A stretch of DNA of 64,000 nt from a virus (taxonomy: Duplodnaviria; Caudoviricetes). Where the stretch lies: IMG/VR virus record IMGVR_UViG_3300002026_000006, positions 26,342 through 90,341 of that record; one strand, given 5' to 3'. Positions 45,389 through 55,547 of this stretch are shown here, piece after piece (position 1 is the stretch's first letter; each line of letters opens with the position of its first letter). A program made the position numbers and the translations under genes. The notes below the pieces were generated by a model. It did not search any database. It saw nothing but the letters and a program-made list of their open reading frames with translations, and was not told the DNA's origin.

Positions 45389-47262
45389 CAAAAACCTACG
45401 TTTACAAAGATGACATATTTGATAATTGGAGAGTAGTAACTAACGATCATTCTGACCAAATTGGTAATATTGCTCAAAAGCACACAAATGCCTCTCAGGT
45501 TTCTGCTTATCTAGATCAGCAGTATCTATCAGAACATGCTGATCTTTTATCTGCTTCTATTGCTGGTCAAGCTGCTGGCGCTACTGTTACTATAGCAGGA
45601 TCATCTGGTAGAGTATTGCGTAAGGGCATGAAGGTCGAAGCATTTTATGGCATCAACAAAATTTCTGATGATTATTGTACTGTCGATTTAGTGACTTATT
45701 CAGGCTCTGATGTTGTCGTAACCTTATCTCATGCTTTAGTTTTCACTCCAACACCAGCCACCATTGTTTTTAATTTTTACGTTTCTGGAACCTCGTTTTT
45801 GAATGATCTGGAAATTAAGAAACTGAACCGCAATGGCGACAGAATGACTGAGGGTTTAGTGATTGATTCGCTAACCACTGTAACCGGATCACTTTCTACC
45901 AATGAATTAAATTTTGATCTTTTAAATACTACAGCAACAGCAGTTAATGCTTTTGGTGCTGCTACAACTATTGTAGCTGGTGCAACAACAGGAACAGCCA
46001 CAATCAGAAATGCTAATGTCACATTAGGTCAAACTTCTTCTGGCACGACAACCGTAAATTCTCCGACAGTCAATATCTCCACAGGCGCAACTGGAGTGAC
46101 CACGATTGTGTCCACCAAGACCTCTACAACGTCTGCAGATGGATCATTTATCGTCAATGGTGGTACTGGACTCAAAGGCACATTAAACGTGGCTGGGGTC
46201 GTTAAAACTGAGCTTACTACTGACAATGGTTTGGGCAGTTTAGATGGCGCAGTGCAAATTCTGGGTGGTGCGTCAATTGCAAAGAATCTTACGATTGGTC
46301 AAGATTTAAGGGTCACTGGCGCAGATATTACCATTGGCGGCAATCCATTAGTAAATGCAGTAACACCAGCAAACGCAGCCGGGTTATATACCACAACAAC
46401 TGGCACAATTACCATTGGTGCGGGTAATACGACACCGATTACAGTTAATGGTAATGTGACTCTAGGCACCAACTCTGGCAATTCTGTTGCTATCAATTCT
46501 GGTAGTATCACTACTCCAATAACAACAACTCCAGTTTTTGGGTTGCTTAATACCAATGTCCAGAATGTTAATGCTTTCGGTGCTGCTCTTATTCTTAATG
46601 TAGGTGCTGCTGGTGGTGTTACCAATTTTGCTGGTAATGTAAATCTTGGCGCAACAACAAAAGAATATCGAATTAATGGAGTAGTAAAACTAGCCAATAC
46701 TTCTTTAGGTCCGACAGTATTGGCATCATCATTAACTTCGGTTGGGATTCTGACGAATTTAACGGTTGCTGGCAATGTGACTATGCAGAATGGTAATTTA
46801 ATTACATCTGCTGCATCTAGCAATTTGTTTAATACTACCGCAACAACTTTGAATATTGGTGGTGCAGGAACAGCAATTTCAATCGGCGCAGGAACTGGCA
46901 CCACAACGGTAAATAATACCTTAGTTGCTTCAGTGGTTGACATTGGTTTAATTGCATCATTATTAAAATACACCGCAACAATTGCAACAACTTCTGAGGC
47001 TGAGTTATTTTTCTTGGATAAAACAATTTATCGTTCTGCTGAAGTAATCGTTCAGGCAACTCAAGGATCAAATTATACTGCCACAAAATTCATTATGATG
47101 CATGATGGTACTGATAGCTATGAAACCGAATTCGGTTCTTTAGGTACTCCATTGGGAACATACAATTCTATCGTTGTTGCAAATTCATGGTCATTGAAAG
47201 TTACTCAAACTGCAGCCACATCAACGGTTTATAAGATTTTCGTTACTGCTGTCAAGGTATAA
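45385..47262 (+). CDS. Tail fibre-like structural protein
   Basis: FDNWRV.TN N-terminus, repeated NLFNTTATT(V/L)N.GAA, C-terminal DKTIYRSAE..VQ.TQG......F.MMHDG...Y..EFG. Confidence 0.7.
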   Translation: MTKTYVYKDDIFDNWRVVTNDHSDQIGNIAQKHTNASQVSAYLDQQYLSEHADLLSASIAGQAAGATVTIAGSSGRVLRKGMKVEAFYGINKISDDYCTVDLVTYSGSDVVVTLSHALVFTPTPATIVFNFYVSGTSFLNDLEIKKLNRNGDRMTEGLVIDSLTTVTGSLSTNELNFDLLNTTATAVNAFGAATTIVAGATTGTATIRNANVTLGQTSSGTTTVNSPTVNISTGATGVTTIVSTKTSTTSADGSFIVNGGTGLKGTLNVAGVVKTELTTDNGLGSLDGAVQILGGASIAKNLTIGQDLRVTGADITIGGNPLVNAVTPANAAGLYTTTTGTITIGAGNTTPITVNGNVTLGTNSGNSVAINSGSITTPITTTPVFGLLNTNVQNVNAFGAALILNVGAAGGVTNFAGNVNLGATTKEYRINGVVKLANTSLGPTVLASSLTSVGILTNLTVAGNVTMQNGNLITSAASSNLFNTTATTLNIGGAGTAISIGAGTGTTTVNNTLVASVVDIGLIASLLKYTATIATTSEAELFFLDKTIYRSAEVIVQATQGSNYTATKFIMMHDGTDSYETEFGSLGTPLGTYNSIVVANSWSLKVTQTAATSTVYKIFVTAVKV

Positions 47263-47312
47263 ATCTGCTAAATAGTTAGATACAATTAAAAAATAAGGGA
47301 AAGTGAACTTAT

Positions 47313-48401
47313 ATGGCATTACAAGAAAAAGAATTCGTTGTAAAAAACGGACTTGACATTAAAAACAACGGTCTTAAACTAGCAGGGACCGCACCACTAT
47401 CAAACCAAATTCCAGTAGCAGCTAATACTTCGACCTCTTTAGTTTGGAAGACTTTAAATGTTGGTTCTGGAATTTCAGTAACACACTCAGATTCTGCGAT
47501 TACTTTAAGTGCAACTGCAACTACTCCAAGTGACGTTAATACTAACGGAAATTTGACCGTTGGGGCTACCGCTACATGGACTTCAAATGGCACAATTGCA
47601 ACCGTTACATTGAATAATCATGGGTTATCAAATGGAACTACGATTTACATCGCATGGTTAACAGGAACGAATAAGCCAGTTAATAATGATTATTCAATAA
47701 CATCGACTGGATTAAATACTTTTACCGTTGTTTCTGCAACACCAGCAGATGCTGTGGGCGGAAATTGTACAACAAACGGTAATATAACTGCATTAAGAAA
47801 TATATCAGCAAATGGTACAGGAACATTTGGCACTAGCCTAACTTTAACTGGTACTCCTAGTATTATAGCAGGAACCATAGGAAACACAGCATCAGTTTTC
47901 AATACTACTACTGGTTCTTTGAATATTGGTACAGCGTCACCTACAATTGCAATTGGTAATGCATCAAGTACCACGACTTTTGGTAATATTATTACGCACA
48001 AAGGGCTGACTTTACAGGTAGGAACTGCTGGTTCACAAAAAGTAGATACATCATACACATTTACGACAGCAAGTTTGACTTTAAATACCACTTGGCAAGC
48101 CTCTGGCATTACTGGATCAACTCAGTTAATGACTGGCACATATTTGTTTAAGCTCCGTGATGGCGCTAATAATGAATATTTTGATGGCATTTTGCCTTGG
48201 TATTCTGGTAATGGATCAGCATCAATTGCTGACAATTATACCGAAATTCCTCTTAGAAAATTTGGTGATGGCAGCACAGGATATTCAATTTTCGTTAGAA
48301 TTTTTAGGACAGCATCGGCTGCCCCAGTTATTCAATTGGCATCAACTTCTGCTTTAACTGCTAAGACTTTCACTTTCACCTTTAGAAAGATGATTGATTA
48401 A
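47313..48401 (+). CDS. Fibre-like structural protein
   Basis: EFVVKNGL N-terminus; Thr/Gly-rich beta repeats; CTAAATA at 47268-47274 upstream. Confidence 0.65.
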   Translation: MALQEKEFVVKNGLDIKNNGLKLAGTAPLSNQIPVAANTSTSLVWKTLNVGSGISVTHSDSAITLSATATTPSDVNTNGNLTVGATATWTSNGTIATVTLNNHGLSNGTTIYIAWLTGTNKPVNNDYSITSTGLNTFTVVSATPADAVGGNCTTNGNITALRNISANGTGTFGTSLTLTGTPSIIAGTIGNTASVFNTTTGSLNIGTASPTIAIGNASSTTTFGNIITHKGLTLQVGTAGSQKVDTSYTFTTASLTLNTTWQASGITGSTQLMTGTYLFKLRDGANNEYFDGILPWYSGNGSASIADNYTEIPLRKFGDGSTGYSIFVRIFRTASAAPVIQLASTSALTAKTFTFTFRKMID

Positions 48402-49633
48402 TGAGTAAGACTTTGACTTTGCCGTTTTGGAGACTGTCGAGTTTAGTTCCTAAGCTTTTGTTAGACAACAAAATTAAATTCGTTAGAGCAGAAACTGAGC
48501 AAACCGCAACCTATGTAGATTCTTCTGGATATGTCGTTTTATCAGATATAGGTTCGCCGAGAATTAATTATTCTCCATTTACCCTAATGTGCCGAGGGTT
48601 ATTAATTGAAGAAGCCAGAACAAATTTGGTAATCAATAACAATGATGCTACTGGTAGAATTTTTGGTTCTGGTTCAGTTATTTTAAATAATGGTGTATCT
48701 CCATCTGGAGCTTCTGACGCAGATTTGGTCACAAATAATGCTGGTTCAGGCACTGTCGATTATTCCGTTACCGTAGCAGCAAGCTCAACCAATGATTATT
48801 TTGTATCTATCTTCATGAAACCAATGTCATCTCAGCCTTGGGTGGTATTAAATGCTTACTACTCTGGAAATTCCGAAGATAATGTTTCTTTTACATTTTC
48901 AAACATGAATATTTCTGGTGCTCCATATCCAAATGATGTTATATTTGAGCAATATATAAATGGCTGGTATCGGATTGGATTTAGAGTAACTAGGGATGCA
49001 TCTGGCTCAAAAACTATATTGACCATGAGATTGTGGGTAGATGGTAGAGGAAATACTAATACCAAATCTTGCTTAGTTTGGGGCGCACAGATTGAATCTG
49101 GTACTTTTATATCCTCAGTGATTCCTACACTAGGAGTATCTAAAACAAGATCAGCAGAATTGGTGTCTATAACTGGCACAGATTTCACATCTTGGTATAA
49201 TCAAACTGAAGGAACAATTGCAGTTTATGGCTATGGATATAATGGTAGTTTTCCAGTTATTTTCAATATATCAGAAACTAACGCAAATAATAACAATTCA
49301 CATAATGTAAATATTGGAGCATCTAGCAATTTCATATTTTCCACATATTCTGGTGGTTCAGAAATTCATAATAATCAAGCCTCTTTTGGAAATAATAATT
49401 CCCCTTGGTGTATTGTCAGTGGTATAAAAACAAATGATTTTTCTGATTTAGTTTGTGAGAATGCGGTAAAAACAGATTCTGCTGGCACTTTACCAAGTGT
49501 TATGACTCGCTTAGATATTGGATCAAAGCAAGGACTAAATTTCTTGAATGGTAATATTTCAGAAATTGTTTATTATAACACCAAGCTTAGTTATCCAGAA
49601 ATGAGAATACTAGCAGTTCAAAGAATATATTAA
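48401..49633 (+). CDS. Structural protein with carbohydrate-binding/jelly-roll domains
   Basis: RA....ATYVDSSG...PRI.Y......GLLIEEARTNL, WGAQIE.G.F.SS.IPT....TRSAE, LNG.I..I.YY..L. Confidence 0.7.
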   Translation: MSKTLTLPFWRLSSLVPKLLLDNKIKFVRAETEQTATYVDSSGYVVLSDIGSPRINYSPFTLMCRGLLIEEARTNLVINNNDATGRIFGSGSVILNNGVSPSGASDADLVTNNAGSGTVDYSVTVAASSTNDYFVSIFMKPMSSQPWVVLNAYYSGNSEDNVSFTFSNMNISGAPYPNDVIFEQYINGWYRIGFRVTRDASGSKTILTMRLWVDGRGNTNTKSCLVWGAQIESGTFISSVIPTLGVSKTRSAELVSITGTDFTSWYNQTEGTIAVYGYGYNGSFPVIFNISETNANNNNSHNVNIGASSNFIFSTYSGGSEIHNNQASFGNNNSPWCIVSGIKTNDFSDLVCENAVKTDSAGTLPSVMTRLDIGSKQGLNFLNGNISEIVYYNTKLSYPEMRILAVQRIY

Positions 49634-49682
49634 TTGATAAATATTTAAATAATTAAAAAATAACTGATTACAAAGGGAAGTT

Positions 49683-51788
49683 ATGTTTAAGGTAAAAGAA
49701 GGTATTTTGGTTGGTGATAAAATTATCACTGGCACTGGCTCTAATACAGAGGTTCTGACTAGGAACGATGTTGGAACGATGGCGTTTGTGGACACTGCGA
49801 GTGTTGCAATATCAGCATTGACACTTACCACATTAAAATTGGATGATACGGATTCTGGCAATAATTTACAAATTGTGTCCACATCGACTTTGAGTGCAGA
49901 CCGTCAGCTTGTTTTTGATGTTGATGATGCTACAAGAATTCTTAGAATGACTGGTAATGCTGTTTTATCAGGAACGAATTCTGGTGATCAAACTATTTCC
50001 TTTGGGACAACTGGATTAACCCCAAGCACTGCCACAGGCGGTAATGTAACGGTTGCAGGTACTTTAATTCCTTCAAATGGTGGTACTGGATTAAATTCAG
50101 TTACAACCGTAGGTGAATTGTATTATGGAAATACTGGTTCGGCAATGGGTAGAATTGCCTCAGTTGCTGCTGGTAATTATTTAAAATCAAATGGTGTTGG
50201 TGCTTCTCCAGTTTGGGCAGCTATTCCTGCAGTTAATAGCGGTGCATTGTCTTTGACAATTGGTACTGCCGGTGCCACAAATACATCGGTAACAATTGGC
50301 ACAGGAACTGGATTTAATGCTGATTCTGCCTCTTTGGTTACATATTCTATTAGGGTCGGCCCAGCCATTTCTGCATTAACTACAGTAATGACAGGCGCAT
50401 CTGTTGGGTATATTAAGAAAACTGCGGCAGATTCTTATACTCTTGATAATTTTTCATATGGTACTGGCTTGGGTGCTAATACCTTAGTTCAACGAGATGG
50501 CTCAAATAATTTTTCTGCTGGTACAATTACTGCAGCATTAACTGGGACAGCATCAAATGCTACGAATTTAGGTGGTTATGCTCGTAGAGTAGATTTAGCA
50601 GATTTTACCACATGGGATGGTACTAAAGTTGGACCAGTTGGTTGGTATAATATAACTACTGGACCAGCAGGAGCAGGCGATCTATATTATAGCGGAATTC
50701 GCTTAGGGATGGTCGATACAAATTATGGATCAGAAATTCTAATTCAAAATGCAACTGATGTTATTAGATTTAGAAGACGAGCCGGTGGTGTATATACTGC
50801 TTGGCAAGAATTAATTCATGATGGAAATTTAACTGCTAAAACTACCAATTTGACAGTTGCCAATGCAAACAATGCTACATTAGCAACAAAAGCTAGCACG
50901 GTTTCTCAAGGTGGTGGTAATAACACTGCTATGACTCTTACTTATTCTCTGATTGCAGGCACACCAACAAGAGTTTTTGGTACTACTGATGGTGTTACTT
51001 GGAATGCATATAGTCCAGCCAATTTTGCGGTTAATACTGCAACATCAGCTACAACTGCAGGAACGGTTACAACTGCAGCACAACCTAGTATTACTTCTGT
51101 AGGAACATTAAATGGTTTAAATTTAGGTAATGGTGCTGGTGATGGTCCAGAATTAAATTTTTTGAGTTCTGGATATTCTACATGGGCAGTTGATAATGCT
51201 AATGGCACATTTAGATTTATGAACTCCACGGTTCCTGGGTCAGTTGCAGTTAGTATAGCTCCAAGCTCTGGGGCTATGGTTTTGGCTGGAACTCTTACTG
51301 TGGGCAGCGGTGCCACGGAATCATGGATAAACATGGGTGATAGTGATCAAGGCACAAGAGCAATACATTGTAATTCCGAGAGAATTGGATTTATGACACA
51401 AGCTGGGGGATGGGGTGCTTGGTGCGATGATGCAGGAAATTGGCAGGTAGCTGGTACTGTATATGGAAATCTAGACGGTTGGGCCAAGCTTTATTATAAA
51501 CATAATGTAATAAATACTGGTGCTACCAACTTTGGTACTGCAGCAGGTAGCCATTATTTTGTATGGAGTGCCTCTAGTAATTGTCAGTTGCATGGTGCTA
51601 ATGTAGGTGATGTTGTACATTTTACTGCTTATGCCACTGGATGGACTATAACTCCACAAGCTGGAGCTTCGATAATGGGAGATACCTCTGCGATGATTGT
51701 TAATGTGGGTGGGCCAACATCGAAGATGAAAACCTTTTCTATGGTTTTCATTGAGGCAGGATCAAACTCTGGTTGGGTAGTTCGTTAA
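49683..51788 (+). CDS. Tail fibre protein
   Basis: MFKVKEGI N-terminus, GTL..SNGGTGL and ANTLVQRDGS.NFSAGTITAALTG.ASNAT motifs; GATAAATA at 49636-49643. Confidence 0.75.
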   Translation: MFKVKEGILVGDKIITGTGSNTEVLTRNDVGTMAFVDTASVAISALTLTTLKLDDTDSGNNLQIVSTSTLSADRQLVFDVDDATRILRMTGNAVLSGTNSGDQTISFGTTGLTPSTATGGNVTVAGTLIPSNGGTGLNSVTTVGELYYGNTGSAMGRIASVAAGNYLKSNGVGASPVWAAIPAVNSGALSLTIGTAGATNTSVTIGTGTGFNADSASLVTYSIRVGPAISALTTVMTGASVGYIKKTAADSYTLDNFSYGTGLGANTLVQRDGSNNFSAGTITAALTGTASNATNLGGYARRVDLADFTTWDGTKVGPVGWYNITTGPAGAGDLYYSGIRLGMVDTNYGSEILIQNATDVIRFRRRAGGVYTAWQELIHDGNLTAKTTNLTVANANNATLATKASTVSQGGGNNTAMTLTYSLIAGTPTRVFGTTDGVTWNAYSPANFAVNTATSATTAGTVTTAAQPSITSVGTLNGLNLGNGAGDGPELNFLSSGYSTWAVDNANGTFRFMNSTVPGSVAVSIAPSSGAMVLAGTLTVGSGATESWINMGDSDQGTRAIHCNSERIGFMTQAGGWGAWCDDAGNWQVAGTVYGNLDGWAKLYYKHNVINTGATNFGTAAGSHYFVWSASSNCQLHGANVGDVVHFTAYATGWTITPQAGASIMGDTSAMIVNVGGPTSKMKTFSMVFIEAGSNSGWVVR

Positions 51789-51789
51789 T

Positions 51790-52137
51790 ATGATTATAAA
51801 TAACTATTTAAATAAACCTAATTCATTTAGGCTGGACAACGCGGAAGATGTTGTTTATGAAAATATAGAAGCAGAGAGAATGTATGCCCTAGATACCAAG
51901 ACAAGAAAAGGGGTTCTTGTCTTACCTTATAAACCGAAGAAAGGGTTTAGGGCGTTAATATCGGATCGACATAATACTTGGATATATAATCCTCTTATTA
52001 TACATAGAAATGGATCACCTATAGGTGGTCATGAAGAAAATTTAATATGTGATACTCCTAAAGCTATGTTTGTATGTGAATATGACGGTTATGGGTGGCA
52101 ATTAAATTTAAATGTTAAACCTCAAGATTTTATATAG
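51790..52137 (+). CDS. Small protein resembling a fibre C-terminal module
   Basis: LP..P..G....I.D....W...PL.I.RNG..I.G..E...CD......EY.G.GW pattern. Confidence 0.6.
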   Translation: MIINNYLNKPNSFRLDNAEDVVYENIEAERMYALDTKTRKGVLVLPYKPKKGFRALISDRHNTWIYNPLIIHRNGSPIGGHEENLICDTPKAMFVCEYDGYGWQLNLNVKPQDFI

Positions 52138-52145
52138 GAAAGCAA

Positions 52146-52886
52146 ATGAGTTATTTGAGTCAATTTTTGGGTAGCAGTGGTGGCGGTGGCACTCCTATAA
52201 GTGTCACAGCATTTGCTAGTAGCGGCAATTTTAATCCTAGTTCTCCTGATGCTAGGTGTTTAGTGAGGATGTCTTCTGGCGGTGGCGGCGGTCGCACTGG
52301 CGCGTACACCCCCTACATGCCTAGCGGTGAAGTTGGCGGTAACGGTGGTTCTGGCGGTTTTTCTGGTGTGTTTTCGGAATTTTATAAAAGATTGACTGGC
52401 ACACATCCGGTAACTATAGGGGCAGGAGGTGCTGGAGAAGTTAGCAATGGTACAAATTATAATCCTGGTGGGGCTACATATTTAGGTAATTATATAGCCC
52501 CACCAGTTATCCAAGATTCTAATCAAGGGTTCTTGTCTGCTCTTGGTGGTACTGGCAGTTTCGGTTCAAATTCATCAACAAATTCAGCCACAGGCAACAT
52601 AGGTAAATCTTATAATGGCTCGGTTGGTGGTGGTGGTGGTGGTGGCGGTACTGGTGGCGGTGGCGCTGGTGGTGGTGGTGGCTCTAGTTGGTGGGGTATT
52701 GGTGGCACGGGGGCTAATAGGTCTAATTTAACAGCACAGGACAATAATAACTACAAAGGCTCTGTCGGACAGATCGGTGGTGGTGGTGGTGGTGGTGCCG
52801 GCGGTGGCCCGGCTTCTTGGGCATGGGGTGGACACGGTGGTGCCGGCGGTGCGGGGTATGCAGAGGTATGGGATTTTGGAGTATAA
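52146..52886 (+). CDS. Glycine-rich adhesin (gp38-like)
   Basis: MSYLSQF N-terminus, multiple polyglycine tracts, C-terminal GGAGYAEVWDF. Confidence 0.7.
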   Translation: MSYLSQFLGSSGGGGTPISVTAFASSGNFNPSSPDARCLVRMSSGGGGGRTGAYTPYMPSGEVGGNGGSGGFSGVFSEFYKRLTGTHPVTIGAGGAGEVSNGTNYNPGGATYLGNYIAPPVIQDSNQGFLSALGGTGSFGSNSSTNSATGNIGKSYNGSVGGGGGGGGTGGGGAGGGGGSSWWGIGGTGANRSNLTAQDNNNYKGSVGQIGGGGGGGAGGGPASWAWGGHGGAGGAGYAEVWDFGV

Positions 52887-52889
52887 ACT

Positions 52890-53294
52890 ATGAGATATGC
52901 AAAAATTACAAATAATTATGTGGAAAATGTTATTATTTCCGATTCTAAACCAAATTCAAATTTTTTTCCTGGTTTTTTTGTAGAATGTTCTGATGAAGTT
53001 GGTATTGGGTTTACATATGATGACATACATTTTCATGCGCCTTTACCACCAAAAGTAGACAAATTCTTGGCAGTCGGCTCATTCTTCGATAGATTTGGTG
53101 CTCAAAAGTATCCTATACTAATGTCTCAAGATGCTGCAGTTAAAGCACTTATTCAAGACTGTTCAGTTCGTGAGTACATAGACTTAGATAATGAGCAATT
53201 GCCTTATGGTCTAGACCTATTAATTGCTTCTGGGTTCGCAGTCGATAAAAATAAAATATTGACCGACCCAATCAAACCTTCCGAACTTCCTTAA
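52890..53294 (+). CDS. Tail fibre assembly/chaperone-like protein
   Basis: MRYAKI....VENVI......VGIG.TYD...F..P; follows the adhesin gene. Confidence 0.6.
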   Translation: MRYAKITNNYVENVIISDSKPNSNFFPGFFVECSDEVGIGFTYDDIHFHAPLPPKVDKFLAVGSFFDRFGAQKYPILMSQDAAVKALIQDCSVREYIDLDNEQLPYGLDLLIASGFAVDKNKILTDPIKPSELP

Positions 53295-53336
53295 ATTCTA
53301 GCCATAAATATAAGACAACAACAATAAAGTGAAATC

Positions 53337-53636
53337 ATGTTACCTTATATTTTCGAGATATTGCCGATTATCCTAGCTGTTATTGCTAGTATATCATGCG
53401 CAATAAGATTTTCTAGAGATAGGCGAGTGCATGATAGGCTGGCTATGCTTATCGCCATTATATCATCAATTCTCATGATCGTGGCACAAACATCATGGTG
53501 GGTCACATATGCAATTGATGGCAATCTCATGGGAACCACTTTTGCAAATGGTGTTTGGACTGTATTCAATTCTCTCTCTATGTTATGTTTGATTTTATTC
53601 GCTCAACCTTGGAGAACAAACAAGAGAAAATCATGA
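53337..53636 (+). CDS. Membrane protein (about 3 TM), holin candidate
   Basis: Three hydrophobic segments and a basic C-terminus; CATAAATA at 53303-53310. Confidence 0.55.
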   Translation: MLPYIFEILPIILAVIASISCAIRFSRDRRVHDRLAMLIAIISSILMIVAQTSWWVTYAIDGNLMGTTFANGVWTVFNSLSMLCLILFAQPWRTNKRKS

Positions 53637-54013
53637 ATATTATAAGAAATTTATTACCAGAAGACTCTAGGCTAGCTGAAATAGCAGCATCAATAGCCCT
53701 ATTGTTTATGAGTTTATTGTTAAGTAATGGTATGTTGGCTAATTATGAATTATATACCATTCAAAGATATGAGTTTTGGTGTGTCTCATTTTTTTGCTTA
53801 GGGATAATGCAATTTGCTTCTTTGACATTTTATCCACAGATGGAGATTCTAAGATGCATTACTTCGATAATTTCTGGTGGTCTTTTTATTTGGCTAAGTC
53901 TTTTTGATTCTAGGATAGATATTAACGATATAACAACATTTTCTCTTGGGTGTGCAAATTTTTATGCATTTATCATAAACACTGCACAGATTCATAAAAA
54001 ATGGGAGATTTAA
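53633..54013 (+). CDS. Membrane protein (about 4 TM)
   Basis: ATGA overlap with the previous stop; several hydrophobic helices. Confidence 0.6.
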   Translation: MNIIRNLLPEDSRLAEIAASIALLFMSLLLSNGMLANYELYTIQRYEFWCVSFFCLGIMQFASLTFYPQMEILRCITSIISGGLFIWLSLFDSRIDINDITTFSLGCANFYAFIINTAQIHKKWEI

Positions 54014-54420
54014 TCGCTATCATCACCATGATGAAGGATATGCCATCGGTAGTATCCATAACACTGATTATTATCACAGTGATAATTACTCTTTTCATTA
54101 GAGTAAAAGACAAAGATATTCAAAGTATAACATCGGTTTCTAGGGTCCAAAATGAAAAGCTAGTTGCTTTAATGGATCAAAACGAACAACTGATGAAATC
54201 AGTTGATATATTGCAGAAAAAAGTTCATCTGTTGCATATTCAGATGACTGCAGAAGCAGAAGAACATAGATTAAAACTTGAGCAAACTTACAAGGTAGTT
54301 GATGAAATGCGGTGCAGAATTACTGAACTTGAGGAACTGGTAAGGATATACCAAAGAAAAAGATATCATGAATGCGATGCTAGCTTTTGTCCAAATAGGG
54401 GGAAAAATGACTCTAACTGA
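54001..54420 (+). CDS. Single-TM protein with a coiled-coil C-domain
   Basis: Hydrophobic SITLIIITVIITLFI followed by heptad-rich sequence ending CDASFCPN. Confidence 0.6.
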   Translation: MGDLIAIITMMKDMPSVVSITLIIITVIITLFIRVKDKDIQSITSVSRVQNEKLVALMDQNEQLMKSVDILQKKVHLLHIQMTAEAEEHRLKLEQTYKVVDEMRCRITELEELVRIYQRKRYHECDASFCPNRGKNDSN

Positions 54421-54628
54421 AAATATTAAAGAAATGGTGAAGGCTCAGCTTAATGAACTGAGCACTACATTTCTTGCTAATTATAAAACTGCTGCTTATA
54501 AACAAGCTTCCGAAATTGATAAAAAGCCAGTATTAACTCCTGATGAAAATAAGAAATACAATAAAAGATTCAAAGGAATTTCAAATGCAACCATCAAACA
54601 ATCTAAAAATGAAACGAAACCTGTATGA
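54407..54628 (+). CDS. Small basic protein, candidate capsid-internal protein
   Basis: MTLTE...QLNELSTTFLANYKTAAYKQ...KRFKGI..A; GGGG RBS. Confidence 0.55.
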   Translation: MTLTENIKEMVKAQLNELSTTFLANYKTAAYKQASEIDKKPVLTPDENKKYNKRFKGISNATIKQSKNETKPV

Positions 54629-54809
54629 ATTAAGTTATCCTGGTAACATTGGGATAATGGAATTAGTAAAATTTTACTCCACTGCACCAAAAGATGTATC
54701 TGCTAATGTTAAATCTTTGATATCAACAGGAAATCATGAAAAGGCGTGGAAGATTATCCAAAGAATAACCAAAACTAGATTGCATCCTTCTGCCACTGGA
54801 GCCACTTAA
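54609..54809 (+). CDS. Small conserved protein, candidate capsid-internal protein
   Basis: LYELSYPGNIGIMELVKFY...AW motif recognised from T4-like phages. Confidence 0.6.
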   Translation: MKRNLYELSYPGNIGIMELVKFYSTAPKDVSANVKSLISTGNHEKAWKIIQRITKTRLHPSATGAT

Positions 54810-55237
54810 TGAAAATAGCTTTTTATAAAGCATGGAATGGAAATTATATGGATAAGATAATTTCCATTTTTACTTTGTCCAAATATTCTCATTGTGAGTT
54901 AATATTTTCAAATGATATTTGTGCCTCATCATCAACTCGTGATGGTGGAGTGAGAATTAAATATATTAAAATGGATCATAAATGGGATGTATATACTATT
55001 GACCCTATTATGGAATTGAATGAAACTGCTATTTTGGCATGGTTCGTTAGTAATCTTGGTGACAAATATGATTGGCCCGGTGCCATCGGTTCACTCTTTG
55101 GAATTGATTTGACCTCAGAAGATAAAAAGTTTTGCTCTTATGCATGTGCAAGACCAATCGGCATTTATCCAATCGTGACCCCCGCAAAACTGCATAAATA
55201 CTTAACAGAAAATTTTTTGATTAAGAAAGTCACATGA
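54809..55237 (+). CDS. Permuted papain-like (YiiX/YebB-type NlpC/P60) protein
   Basis: SKYSHCELIF...SS...DGGVR...W...G.KYDW.GA.G...FCSY (His before Cys). Confidence 0.65.
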   Translation: MKIAFYKAWNGNYMDKIISIFTLSKYSHCELIFSNDICASSSTRDGGVRIKYIKMDHKWDVYTIDPIMELNETAILAWFVSNLGDKYDWPGAIGSLFGIDLTSEDKKFCSYACARPIGIYPIVTPAKLHKYLTENFLIKKVT

Positions 55238-55518
55238 ATTACATTTCAGCAAGAGAACCAAAATGGCGCACAAGAACATCGATTTCTTTGATGGTTCTTT
55301 TCGATGGTAGCGAAGCAGAGATTCCATTTATTGCGCATCAAGATGACACTGATGAGTATAATCGTGAGTTATTTACTCGCGCTACCAATGGTGATTTTGG
55401 TGCAATTGATTTGGTAAGAAATGGAATTTCTGATAATATTGCAAAATACATTACTGACAAACGTGATGTGCTGATGCTGACAGGCGGCGCAGAAGCTGAT
55501 CGCGTTTATCTTGCTTGA
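55234..55518 (+). CDS. Tail fibre assembly protein-like (N-terminal module only)
   Basis: IPFIA..DD...Y.RELF.RA..GDFGAI motif. Confidence 0.55.
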   Translation: MNYISAREPKWRTRTSISLMVLFDGSEAEIPFIAHQDDTDEYNRELFTRATNGDFGAIDLVRNGISDNIAKYITDKRDVLMLTGGAEADRVYLA

Positions 55519-55547
55519 TAAATAAGCTACACATAAGGGCATAGAGT

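Noticed and set aside
52620-52810. (GGT)n microsatellites as phase-variation switches (also about 62825-62900)
   Set aside because: Trinucleotide, in-frame, encoding polyglycine tracts typical of gp38-like adhesins; slippage would not switch expression
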